Counted from the first letter of the stretch, positions 40,386 through 54,468 are shown. The stretch: DNA of 64,000 nucleotides from Octopus sinensis (GCF_006345805.1 NC_042997.1:38130001-38194000), one strand, 5' to 3'. Numbers and translations: made by a program. Notes: generated by a model from the sequence alone, not told the origin.

Positions 40386-42039
40386 GTGCTTGTAACATTC
40401 TTTGTGTGGAATAGGGGAGATAGAGAGACTGTTGATGCACATGTTTTAGGTAGGAGAGACTGACTTTCCTCGTTCTATAATCAAATCTGAACATATCTTT
40501 TGGCCAAATTCCATGCCTATATCAGCTGAAAATGTTATTAATTCCAGTTGTTGCTTTTTGTCTTCTTTTTTTAGGTGTATTCCACTGCGCGGGGACATAG
40601 AAATAATTGGACTGAATACACGATCGTGCGGTTAAACCATTGGGAGTGAAGGACTCCTAGCCTTTGTTAGGGCATCCTTCTAGGAGAAGGTAACTCAGGT
40701 AACTGAGATAGCTCCGACATAAAACTTGCGGCTCAGTGGTTAACACTTTTAGCATAAATCTTCATAACGTCTTCTGAGAAATTATGAGTTGCATTGATAT
40801 TTCTGGCAGTTAAAGATTCTAGCATGTAACCATTTGTTTTCAGCAGTAGGAACGATAATGGATTCAGTTCCAAAATGAAAAGAGTTACAGAAGAACTATC
40901 TCCCTGGAATATTCCCTTTGTAATGCCTATGTATGTATGTATGTATATATGTATGTATGCATGTATGTATGTATGTATGTATGTATGTATGTATGTATTT
41001 ATGTATGTATGTATGTATGTATGTATTTATGTATGTATGTATGTATGCATGTATGTAAGTATGTATGTATATGTGCAGATTTGTATGTTTTGCTTTATGT
41101 ATGTAATTTTATGCCTATAGTTGCACATCTAAACATGTTCATATATATTTAAATGTTCAACTTCTCGAAAGTTTTACAGAATTTTACAGCTCTAGTGAGG
41201 AATTGGATTTCTAGTCTTCGAATTAGCTTTCGTACGTATGTATGTATGTATGTATGTATGTATGTATGTATGTATGTATGTATGTATGTATGTATGTATG
41301 TATGTGCGTACGTATGTATGTATGTACGTATGTATGTATGTATGTATGTATGCATGTATGTGTGTGATACGTGTGTACTAGTGTTTATGCGTATGCCAGT
41401 ACGCATAAAGAAGACACATAAGGTTATATATTCACATGAGTAAAGATATGTATGTGCTTCTGTGCGTATCAGTAATGCGTGAGGGAATATGTACTTGTTT
41501 ATGTGTCTTCTTTTCAATAGGAATCCTAATTAAAACTGACGCAAGCGGGATTTGATCTCTTAAGATAAAATAACTGTATTGTATTGGAAATAGCGAAATA
41601 TTATGTCCAACGATCGACCAATTCTATCAACCATGACCTTAACATGCTCTAATTATTGTAATACTTTTAATGATATGTAATAAAGTAAATGTGGTAGACA
41701 GCTATGTTGTGTTTGGAGAATGTTCAATAATTTCATGTGTCAGACGGATGTTTATATATGATTCCAGACTAAATATTTCCCATTATTTCCATAGAGATTG
41801 CTAGGTAAGTAGTTGATGCTCTATAAGACCACCGCAATTCAGAAAAATTACTAAACGTAACAATGTCATTTCTCTGACGATATCATTTAACTTGTAATAA
41901 TTATGTTAGAAACATTGTTGAATGCATTTAACAGACATGTCTCCTAGAATATTATCCAAGTTTATTTTCGATTACTTTTTTTTAAATTCTGAAGTAAGAA
42001 ATTCTTTGATACACAGACATATATACCTATCTATCTATT

Positions 42040-42705
<666 letters not shown>

Positions 42706-42989
42706 AAAATCGCAAATAAAAGGGAGGGGGGATAAAAATAAAAGGAAAAAGAAAAAATCGATCAATAGGGATCGTTATCACAGAAATGTCAATATAAAGT
42801 GTAAAGGGGAGAACAGGTGAGGTTTACCGGTGGAAAGAAAAGCCTACGGAAAAGACCACGGTAACCTCGGTCAATGAAGTCACATGTTATATTTTTTTAC
42901 AAATAAGCAACTCTCTGTATTAATTTTTACGGTTCATAGGATCATAGTCAAGGTGGCTTCGTCATTCATACGTGCCATCCTTGCTACAT

Positions 42990-43150
42990 TCACCCATCAT
43001 TTTTCTCTCCTTGTTTTTTCTGTGTCCCTTTCTGTAGAAGAGCGTAGGCTCAAAACGTAAAAGACTTTTTCTATTCCTGAGCGTTATACTAATACATGTT
43101 TGTTTTGTACACCACCTGTCTTCGTCTATTGTTTTTGTCGTAAACTCTCC
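42990..43150 (+). mobile_element. Penelope pLTR-like remnant with a mutated minimal HHR-like motif, 3' end at (TA)n
   Basis: cttt-CTGTAGA-a-gagc-gtag-gctc-AAAA-cg-TA-aaag at 43028-43063. Homologous to 51043-51228. Confidence 0.5.
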
Positions 43151-43151
43151 C

Positions 43152-43203
<52 letters not shown>

Positions 43204-43566
43204 ATATATATACATATGTATACGTGTGTGCGTGTGTATGCGTGTATGCGTGTGTACGTGTGCGGGTGTGTGTGTGCATCATATTCAAAAGGCAAAGTTT
43301 TTACACGAGTAGATTTTATACTGAAATGGTAAAAAAGAAAATGCTAAGAGAACTCTGTCATTGGAAAAAGAAAGATTGAATTTGCATTTTTAACGAAGCA
43401 CCTACGGGTTTTGGTCGCATTTAGAAGACGATCTAGTCGTGCAGAAAAAAAATTAAATAAATTAACTTAGTCTTTTAAAATATTAGTTCTGAAATTCGGC
43501 CACCTCGCTGCAACAGCAGTCACACAAATGGAGTTAAACGCCAATATATATGTACATACATGCATA

Positions 43567-43617
<51 letters not shown>

Positions 43618-43713
43618 AATGCCTCACACTAGGAGGGACAAAGTCATTACTACCAAAAATTATACTAATCATACCCAAATGCAGTTTTTCAAAGCAAGAC
43701 ATTTAAAAATTAT

Positions 43714-43769
43714 GTTCTGTATCACCGTGATTTCACATACAACTTGCGTCTAATGATCGTCAGCAGAAC
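43714..43769 (-). ncRNA. Type I hammerhead ribozyme (array B, inverted arm)
   Basis: Exact reverse complement of 44453-44508. Confidence 0.85.
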
Positions 43770-44452
43770 TGATTCTGAATACATCATAAATAAACCAACC
43801 TTATGTAGCGAAGACGAACAGACAACTGTTCACTCCGGCCAAGCACATGGAATGTTTATAAATCATATATCCGGTAAATGGCGGGCTTTTTACGAACTGC
43901 ATGTCGGGTAATGAAAAGTATTTCGGAATAAGTTTAACAATTAAGGATAATCTCTTAATAAGGGATCTTAACAAGAAATTATCGGGTAGCTAGCGTGAAA
44001 ACCTCATAAAAGAAAAGAATCCGAAAATAATTTTTTTCTTTTGAACAAATTAATTATATCTATATTTGCATTTGGGTATGATTAGTATAATTTTTGGTAG
44101 TAATGACTTTGTCCCTCCTAGTGTGAGGCATTTATGTGTAATAATGCCCTTTATACAATATAGATATAATTAATTTGTTCAAAAGAAAAAAATTATTTTC
44201 GGATTCTTTTCTTTTATGAGGTTTTCACGCTAGCTACCCGATAATTTCTTGTTAAGATCCCTTATTAAGAGATTATCCTTAATTGTTAAACTTATTCCGA
44301 ATACTTTTCATTACCCGACATGCAGTTCGTAAAAAGCCCGCCATTTACCGGATATATGATTTATAAACATTCCATGTGCTTGGCCGGAGTGAACAGTTGT
44401 CTGTTCGTCTTCGCTACATAAGGTTGGTTTATTTATGATGTATTCAGAATCA

Positions 44453-44508
44453 GTTCTGCTGACGATCATTAGACGCAAGTTGTATGTGAAATCACGGTGA
44501 TACAGAAC
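44453..44508 (+). ncRNA. Type I hammerhead ribozyme (array B, first of 14 direct copies)
   Basis: gttctg-CTGACGA-t-cat-ta-gac-GCAA-gtt-gt-atg-t-GAAA-tcac-g-gtga-TA-cagaac, predicted cut after 44502. Further copies start at about 44929, 45404, 45881, 46357, 46834, 47311, 47787, 48262, 48737, 49215, 49692, 50169 and 50646. Confidence 0.88.
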
Positions 44509-47500
44509 ATAATTCATTTTTAAATGTCTTGCTTTGAAAAACTGCATTTGGGTATGATTAGTATAATTTTTGGTAGTAATGACTTTGTCCCTCCTAGTGT
44601 GAGGCATTTATGTGTAATAATGCCCTTTATACAATATAGATATAATTAATTGTTCAAAAGAAAAAAATTATTTTCGGATTCTTTTCTTTTATGAGGTTTT
44701 CACGCTAGCTACCCGATAATTTCTTGTTAAGATCCCTTATTAAGAGATTATCCTTAATTGTTAAACTTATTCCGAAATACTTTTCATTACCCGACATGCA
44801 GTTCGTAAAAAGCCCGCCATTTACCGGATATATGATTTATAAACATTCCATGTGCTTGGCTGGAGTGAACAGTTGTCTGTTCGTCTTCGCTACATAAGGT
44901 TGGTTTATTTATGATGTATTCAGAATCAGTTCTGCTGACGATCATTAGACGCAAGTTGTATGTGAAATCACGGTGATACAGAACATAATTCATTTTTAAA
45001 TGTCTTGCTTTGAAAAACTGCATTTGGGTATGATTAGTATAATTTTTGGTAGTAATGACTTTGTCCCTCCTAGTGTGAGGCATTTATGTGTAATAATGCC
45101 CTTTATACAATATAGATATAATTAATTTGTTCAAAAGAAAAAAATTATTTTCGGATTCTTTTCTTTTATGAGGTTTTCACGCTAGCTACCCGATAATTTC
45201 TTGTTAAGATCCCTTATTAAGAGATTATCCTTAATTGTTAAACTTATTCCGAAATACTTTTCATTACCCGACATGCAGTTCGTAAAAAGCCCGCCATTAC
45301 CGGATATATGATTTATAAACATTCCATGTGCTTGGCCGGAGTGAACAGTTGTCTGTTCGTCTTCGCTACATAAGGTTGGTTTATTATGATGTATTCAGAA
45401 TCAGTTCTGCTGACGATCATTAGACGCAAGTTGTATGTGAAATCACGGTGATACAGAACATAATTCATTTTTAAATGTCTTGCTTTGAAAAACTGCATTT
45501 GGGTATGATTAGTATAATTTTTGGTAGTAATGACTTTGTCCCTCCTAGTGTGAGGCATTTATGTGTAATAATGCCCTTTATACAATATAGATATAATTAA
45601 TTTGTTCAAAAGAAAAAAATTATTTTCGGATTCTTTTCTTTTATGAGGTTTTCACGCTAGCTACCCGATAATTTCTTGTTAAGATCCCTTATTAAGAGAT
45701 TATCCTTAATTGTTAAACTTATTCCGAAATACTTTTCATTACCCGACATGCAGTTCGTAAAAAGCCCGCCATTTACCGGATATATGATTTATAAACATTC
45801 CATGTGCTTGGCCGGAGTGAACAGTTGTCTGTTCGTCTTCGCTACATAAGGTTGGTTTATTTATGATGTATTCAGAATCAGTTCTGCTGACGATCATTAG
45901 ACGCAAGTTGTATGTGAAATCACGGTGATACAGAACATAATTCATTTTTAAATGTCTTGCTTTGAAAAACTGCATTTGGGTATGATTAGTATAATTTTTG
46001 GTAGTAATGACTTTGTCCCTCCTAGTGTGAGGCATTTATGTGTAATAATGCCCTTATACAATATAGATATAATTAATTTGTTCAAAAGAAAAAAATTATT
46101 TTCGGATTCTTTTCTTTTATGAGGTTTTCACGCTAGCTACCCGATAATTTCTTGTTAAGATCCCTTATTAAGAGATTATCCTTAATTGTTAAACTTATTC
46201 CGAAATACTTTTCATTACCCGACATGCAGTTCGTAAAAAGCCCGCCATTTACCGGATATATGATTTATAAACATTCCATGTGCTTGGCCGGAGTGAACAG
46301 TTGTCTGTTCGTCTTCGCTACATAAGGTTGGTTTATTTATGATGTATTCAGAATCAGTTCTGCTGACGATCATTAGACGCAAGTTGTATGTGAAATCACG
46401 GTGATACAGAACATAATTCATTTTTAAATGTCTTGCTTTGAAAAACTGCATTTGGGTATGATTAGTATAATTTTTGGTAGTAATGACTTTGTCCCTCCTA
46501 GTGTGAGGCATTTATGTGTAATAATGCCCTTTATACAATATAGATATAATTAATTTGTTCAAAAGAAAAAAATTATTTTCGGATTCTTTTCTTTTATGAG
46601 GTTTTCACGCTAGCTACCCGATAATTTCTTGTTAAGATCCCTTATTAAGAGATTATCCTTAATTGTTAAACTTATTCCGAAATACTTTTCATTACCCGAC
46701 ATGCAGTTCGTAAAAAGCCCGCCATTTACCGGATATATGATTTATAAACATTCCATGTGCTTGGCCGGAGTGAACAGTTGTCTGTTCGTCTTCGCTACAT
46801 AAGGTTGGTTTATTTATGATGTATTCAGAATCAGTTCTGCTGACGATCATTAGACGCAAGTTGTATGTGAAATCACGGTGATACAGAACATAATTCATTT
46901 TTAAATGTCTTGCTTTGAAAAACTGCATTTGGGTATGATTAGTATAATTTTTGGTAGTAATGACTTTGTCCCTCCTAGTGTGAGGCATTTATGTGTAATA
47001 ATGCCCTTTATACAATATAGATATAATTAATTTGTTCAAAAGAAAAAAATTATTTTCGGATTCTTTTCTTTTATGAGGTTTTCACGCTAGCTACCCGATA
47101 ATTTCTTGTTAAGATCCCTTATTAAGAGATTATCCTTAATTGTTAAACTTATTCCGAAATACTTTTCATTACCCGACATGCAGTTCGTAAAAAGCCCGCC
47201 ATTTACCGGATATATGATTTATAAACATTCCATGTGCTTGGCCGGAGTGAACAGTTGTCTGTTCGTCTTCGCTACATAAGGTTGGTTTATTTATGATGTA
47301 TTCAGAATCAGTTCTGCTGACGATCATTAGACGCAAGTTGTATGTGAAATCACGGTGATACAGAACATAATTCATTTTTAAATGTCTTGCTTTGAAAAAC
47401 TGCATTTGGGTATGATTAGTATAATTTTTGGTAGTAATGACTTTGTCCCTCCTAGTGTGAGGCATTTATGTGTAATAATGCCCTTTATACAATATAGATA

Positions 47501-50500
47501 TAATTAATTTGTTCAAAAGAAAAAAATTATTTTCGGATTCTTTTCTTTTATGAGGTTTTCACGCTAGCTACCCGATAATTTCTTGTTAAGATCCCTTATT
47601 AAGAGATTATCCTTAATTGTTAAACTTATTCCGAAATACTTTTCATTACCCGACATGCAGTTCGTAAAAAGCCCGCCATTTACCGGATATATGATTTATA
47701 AACATTCCATGTGCTTGGCCGGAGTGAACAGTTGTCTGTTCGTCTTCGCTACATAAGGTTGGTTATTTATGATGTATTCAGAATCAGTTCTGCTGACGAT
47801 CATTAGACGCAAGTTGTATGTGAAATCACGGTGATACAGAACATAATTCATTTTTAAATGTCTTGCTTTGAAAAACTGCATTTGGGTATGATTAGTATAA
47901 TTTTTGGTAGTAATGACTTTGTCCCTCCTAGTGTGAGGCATTTATGTGTAATAATGCCCTTTATACAATATAGATATAATTAATTTGTTCAAAAGAAAAA
48001 AATTATTTTCGGATTCTTTTCTTTTATGAGGTTTTCACGCTAGCTACCCGATAATTTCTTGTAAGATCCCTTATTAAGAGATTATCCTTAATTGTTAAAC
48101 TTATTCCGAATACTTTTCATTACCCGACATGCAGTTCGTAAAAAGCCCGCCATTTACCGGATATATGATTTATAAACATTCCATGTGCTTGGCCGGAGTG
48201 AACAGTTGTCTGTTCGTCTTCGCTACATAAGGTTGGTTTATTTATGATGTATTCAGAATCAGTTCTGCTGACGATCATTAGACGCAAGTTGTATGTGAAA
48301 TCACGGTGATACAGAACATAATTCATTTTTAAATGTCTTGCTTTGAAAAACTGCATTTGGGTATGATTAGTATAATTTTTGGTAGTAATGACTTTGTCCC
48401 TCCTAGTGTGAGGCATTTATGTGTAATAATGCCCTTTATACAATATAGATATAATTAATTTGTTCAAAAAAAAAATTATTTTCGGATTCTTTTCTTTTAT
48501 GAGGTTTTCACGCTAGCTACCCGATAATTTCTTGTTAAGATCCCTTATTAAGAGATTATCCTTAATTGTTAAACTTATTCCGAAATACTTTTCATTACCC
48601 GACATGCAGTTCGTAAAAAGCCCGCCATTTACCGGATATATGATTTATAAACATTCCATGTGCTTGGCTGGAGTGAACAGTTGTCTGTTCGTCTTCGCTA
48701 CATAAGGTTGGTTTATTTATGATGTATTCAGAATCAGTTCTGCTGACGATCATTAGACGCAAGTTGTATGTGAAATCACGGTGATACAGAACATAATTCA
48801 TTTTTAAATGTCTTGCTTTGAAAAACTGCATTTGGGTATGATTAGTATAATTTTTGGTAGTAATGACTTTGTCCCTCCTAGTGTGAGGCATTTATGTGTA
48901 ATAATGCCCTTTATACAATATAGATATAATTAATTTGTTCAAAAGAAAAAAAATTATTTTCGGATTCTTTTCTTTTATGAGGTTTTCACGCTAGCTACCC
49001 GATAATTTCTTGTTAAGATCCCTTATTAAGAGATTATCCTTAATTGTTAAACTTATTCCGAAATACTTTTCATTACCCGACATGCAGTTCGTAAAAAGCC
49101 CGCCATTTACCGGATATATGATTTATAAACATTCCATGTGCTTGGCCGGAGTGAACAGTTGTCTGTTCGTCTTCGCTACATAAGGTTGGTTTATTTATGA
49201 TGTATTCAGAATCAGTTCTGCTGACGATCATTAGACGCAAGTTGTATGTGAAATCACGGTGATACAGAACATAATTCATTTTTAAATGTCTTGCTTTGAA
49301 AAACTGCATTTGGGTATGATTAGTATAATTTTTGGTAGTAATGACTTTGTCCCTCCTAGTGTGAGGCATTTATGTGTAATAATGCCCTTTATACAATATA
49401 GATATAATTAATTTGTTCAAAAGAAAAAAATTATTTTCGGATTCTTTTCTTTTATGAGGTTTTCACGCTAGCTACCCGATAATTTCTTGTTAAGATCCCT
49501 TATTAAGAGATTATCCTTAATTGTTAAACTTATTCCGAAATACTTTTCATTACCCGACATGCAGTTCGTAAAAAGCCCGCCATTTACCGGATATATGATT
49601 TATAAACATTCCATGTGCTTGGCCGGAGTGAACAGTTGTCTGTTCGTCTTCGCTACATAAGGTTGGTTTATTTATGATGTATTCAGAATCAGTTCTGCTG
49701 ACGATCATTAGACGCAAGTTGTATGTGAAATCACGGTGATACAGAACATAATTCATTTTTAAATGTCTTGCTTTGAAAAACTGCATTTGGGTATGATTAG
49801 TATAATTTTTGGTAGTAATGACTTTGTCCCTCCTAGTGTGAGGCATTTATGTGTAATAATGCCCTTTATACAATATAGATATAATTAATTTGTTCAAAAG
49901 AAAAAAATTATTTTCGGATTCTTTTCTTTTATGAGGTTTTCACGCTAGCTACCCGATAATTTCTTGTTAAGATCCCTTATTAAGAGATTATCCTTAATTG
50001 TTAAACTTATTCCGAAATACTTTTCATTACCCGACATGCAGTTCGTAAAAAGCCCGCCATTTACCGGATATATGATTTATAAACATTCCATGTGCTTGGC
50101 CGGAGTGAACAGTTGTCTGTTCGTCTTCGCTACATAAGGTTGGTTTATTTATGATGTATTCAGAATCAGTTCTGCTGACGATCATTAGACGCAAGTTGTA
50201 TGTGAAATCACGGTGATACAGAACATAATTCATTTTTAAATGTCTTGCTTTGAAAAACTGCATTTGGGTATGATTAGTATAATTTTTGGTAGTAATGACT
50301 TTGTCCCTCCTAGTGTGAGGCATTTATGTGTAATAATGCCCTTTATACAATATAGATATAATTAATTTGTTCAAAAGAAAAAAATTATTTTCGGATTCTT
50401 TTCTTTTATGAGGTTTTCACGCTAGCTACCCGATAATTTCTTGTTAAGATCCCTTATTAAGAGATTATCCTTAATTGTTAAACTTATTCCGAAATACTTT

Positions 50501-50645
50501 TCATTACCCGACATGCAGTTCGTAAAAAGCCCGCCATTTACCGGATATATGATTTATAAACATTCCATGTGCTTGGCCGGAGTGAACAGTTGTCTGTTCG
50601 TCTTCGCTACATAAGGTTGGTTTATTTATGATGTATTCAGAATCA

Positions 50646-50701
50646 GTTCTGCTGACGATCATTAGACGCAAGTTGTATGTGAAATCACGGTGATACAGAA
50701 C
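50646..50701 (+). ncRNA. Type I hammerhead ribozyme (array B, last copy)
   Basis: Identical to 44453-44508. Confidence 0.88.
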
Positions 50702-50987
50702 ATAATTCATTTTTAAATGTCTTGCTTTGAAAAACTGCATTTGGGTATGATTAGTATAATTTTTGGTAGTAATGACTTTGTCCCTCCTAGTGTGAGGCAT
50801 TTATGTGTAATAATGCCCTTTATACAATATAGATATAATTAATTTGTTCAAAAGAAAAAAATTATTTTCGGATTCTTTTCTTTTATGAGGTTTTCACGCT
50901 AGCTACCCGATAATTTCTTGTTAAGATCCCTTATTAAGAGATTATCCTTAATTGTTAAACTTATATATATATATATATATATATAAT

Positions 50988-51032
<45 letters not shown>

Positions 51033-51042
51033 CATATATATA

Positions 51043-51228
51043 TAACGGGAAGCTTTATGAAAATAAACAAAAGACGAAGGCAGGTGGAATACAAACAAAC
51101 AATTGTATTAGTATGGCGCCCAGGAATATAAATAAAACAAGTTTTTTACGTTTCGAGCCTACGCTCTTCAACAGAAAGATACACAGGAAAGAAACACGGA
51201 GAGAAACAAGGAGAGAGAAAAACATTCT
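51043..51228 (-). mobile_element. Penelope pLTR-like remnant with a minimal HHR-like motif
   Basis: Reverse complement ttt-CTGTTGA-a-gagc-gtag-gctc-GAAA-cg-TA-aaa at 51144-51177, with palindromic ACGT stem III. Confidence 0.5.
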
Positions 51229-53037
51229 TCTGTTGATTCGTTGCTGTTGAATTACATTATTACTAAATTAATGGTGAGGAAATGAGTAAAGTTGGGTTAT
51301 TCTTGCCTGCAAATCTTTCTGTATGTTCAGAAAGTCACGACGGGAGGAGATTTATCAGAGTTAGAACATATGTGCTTTGGTAAATGGTACGCAACAACGT
51401 GAAATCATATATATATATATATATATATATATGATAAGTCACTCAACGGAACTTTATTAGTTATGTCTCGCAATCTCAAAATAAAATCTACGTCAGAAGA
51501 ACCGGGAATACAAACACAGCTAAGAGAAAAGTAGCACTGGAAAAAAATGAGGATTGAAACGTAACTATGAAAATTGAAATCGAGGCAAAATTTAAGAACA
51601 CTTGTGACAAAATCCACGTTGAATTCAACAAAAAAGTACAGTGTTAGTTCCTGGAAAACATTTCAAAACTATTCTGTTGTATCTGGGGAGAGTCATTTTC
51701 TTTTTGTGCCTTATAATGTAACACACTCACCGGTAAAATTTCCACTTATTTCTTATTTTTGTTTTCCTAAAATTTACGTTGCGTCATGCAACCTTTTCAA
51801 TAGTCTTTACTCTCCCCAGACACAACAGAATATGCTTCAACACACGAACTCATATAAAGAATCTTGCAAACCAAATCCAAAAATGAAATATTTCAAAACT
51901 ATAGAAAGAGAAATGCGAAACAGAAGAAATAGAATCTATTCAATGCGCGGAAGAAAACATACGCTGACGAGATTTTAAATTATGAAACCGTAGTCAAAAA
52001 GGAACACGCTTCTGACAACATTTTCCTGAAGAAAAAAACAAAAGCACAGTCATACACCGAAACAGTTTTGTAGACAAGAAGAAATCTAAACTTGTTCTTT
52101 GTCGAGAATATGATAAAAGGCAAACCCTAAACTTCATTAAACTTCATTAAAATAGAAACATGGATAATTTACAAAGAAAGCAAAGAAATAAATGAGTAAA
52201 TTAAAAATATCACCTCTGAAGTTCGACATTACGACCTCCCCTCCCCAGACAATTCTAGGCTGATGACTAATTAAAGCAGACATGAGTTTAAATAGTATCT
52301 TTGTGTAAATTACTTACTAAAGAATATAATAAATATCATTATCAACTGACTCCCAGATAAAATATATGACACAAAGTCTCACTTCAAAGCACCACTGATT
52401 TTTTTTCTATTCAAATTCAATGTATATTTTGAAAATATCCTCGCACATTCTAGGCGCCAAGAAGCAATCTGTTTGTTTATTTAGTATACAAGATTCATTA
52501 AATAACGATTTTTTTTTCAACTACTTCACAGAAAGATTCGAAACAAAGAAATTTCTGTTACCAGTCTGTCTTTCCTTCAACTCCACCCCTCCGAACACAC
52601 ACTCATACACCCACATGTACCTGTGCATATGTATATGTGTGTATGCGTGTGTGAGTGTGTATGTGCGTGCGGGCGTGTACATAGACACACATTTTCCATC
52701 AGACTTTGATATTGCACATTCAGTACTTACGATGACCTTCATTGTAACTTTTACAGTTATATAATTACAACGGCTATATATGGTAGCAAATAATCTAAAA
52801 TTGGAAACTGTTGTATTTTTGTTGTTGTTAATTAGGTGAATTATAAATTAAGAGCAGGAGACGAAGAAACTTTGAAAGAAATTAATATCTTATTTTTCGC
52901 ATACAAGAGGATGGGGGTCATGCTTTAAATAATTTCTTGTATACTTTAGATAGTAAGAGGTTAATGATTTTCTTACCATCGATAATGAGAAGATATTTTT
53001 AGCACAATTAGTAATCTTATTCATATATGCATACACA

Positions 53038-53077
<40 letters not shown>

Positions 53078-53124
53078 CATGCATCTATCTGTCTATCTAT
53101 CTATATATTTATATATATATTTAT

Positions 53125-53468
53125 AGGCGTAGGAGTGGCTGTGTGGTAAGTAGCTTGTTTACCAACCACATGGTTCCGGGTTCAGTCCCACTGCGTGGCA
53201 CCTTGGGCAAGTGTCTTCTGCTATAGCCTCGGGCCGACCAAAGCCTTGTGAGTGGATTTGGTAGACGGAAACGGAAAGAAGCCCGTCGTATATATGTATA
53301 TATAAGTGTGTGTGCGTGTATATTTGTGTTTGTCCCCCTAGCATCGCCTGACACCCGATGCTGGTGTGTTACTTAGCGGTTCAGCAAAAGAGACCGATAG
53401 AATAAGTACTGGGCTCGATTAAAGGTGCTCCAGCATGGCCGCAGTCAAATGACTGAAACAAGTAAAAG
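53125..53468 (+). mobile_element. Family C SINE with internal deletions
   Basis: Intact head and shortened body ending gactgaaacaagtaaaa. Confidence 0.85.
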
Positions 53469-53884
53469 GGAGAGTATATATATACATACATATAGTGAGA
53501 ATTTAAAATAAAACAAAAGACGAAGACGATAAATATAGACACACTCACACACACACACATATCTATTGGTGTGTGGGATTATGTTGATTGTGTATGTACG
53601 TTTATGATATTATATATGTGCATACGTAGTAAGGTTTTCCAGTGTAGCAACCTGTATAATTGTGTGTACGTTTGTTAGGTAGTGTGTGTATTTTTGTGAT
53701 ATATATTAATATACATATATATACACACACACATATACACACATATATATATATATATATACATCACGTGATCACGTGACCGACCAGTCCATCAGATGTA
53801 GTTACACATCGCATTGTTTTAGCCTTCAAATGACGCCACTCCGCTGGCTGAGGGAGCAGGCCATATATATATATATAAAAATCA

Positions 53885-54386
53885 AAACAAATCAAAATAG
53901 ATGAACATCAATGGAATTTGTATCCTTGTGGTACCAGTGCCGGTGGCACGTGGCACACAAAAAACCATCCGAACGTGGCCGTAGCCAGTACCGCATTAAC
54001 TGGCTCCGTGCTGTGGGCACGTAACAAGCAACCATCCGATCGTGGCCGTTTTGCCAGCCTCATCTGGCACCTGTGTCGGTGGCACATAAAAACCCATCCG
54101 AGCGTGGCCGTCTGCCAGCCTCGTCTGGCACCTGTGTCGGTGGCACATAAAAAACACCATCCGAGCGTGGCCGTTTTGCCAGCCTCGTCTGGCACCTGTG
54201 TCGGTGGCACATAAAATCACCCACTACACTCTCGGAGTGGTTGGCGTTAGGAAGGGCATCCAGCTGTAGAACACTGCCAGATCTGACTGGACGGTGCAGC
54301 TTTCGGGCTCCCCAGACCCCAGTTGAACCGTCCAACCCATGCTAGCATGGAAAGCGGACGTTAAATGATGATGATGATGATGATGA

Positions 54387-54390
<4 letters not shown>
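53885..54390 (+). mobile_element. GC-rich retroelement 3' end (RTE-like tail) with internal 62-67-bp tandem units and a (GAT)n tail
   Basis: Units begin ccatccga at 53965, 54032, 54094 and 54157. 3' end aacccatgctagcatggaaagcggacgttaaat(gat)n. Confidence 0.65.

Positions 54391-54468
<78 letters not shown>

Larger units (their letters stand above)
43613..50963. mobile_element. Array B: about 15.4 near-identical ~477-bp monomers, each with a type I hammerhead ribozyme (retrozyme-like), with an inverted left arm
   Basis: About 0.95 monomer on - (43613-44066), then about 14.5 monomers on + (44066-50963). (TA)n on both flanks. Homologous to array A. Confidence 0.9.

Noticed and set aside
40600-40760. 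Possible LINE 5' UTR fragment (ctaggagaaggtaactc)
   Set aside because: Short resemblance from memory only, with no adjoining ORF.
44311-50800. 98-aa ORF repeated 14 times on the minus strand (MPHTRRDKV...)
   Set aside because: It is repeated only because the monomer is. It is antisense to the ribozyme, has no recognisable domain, and has no counterpart ORF in homologous array A.
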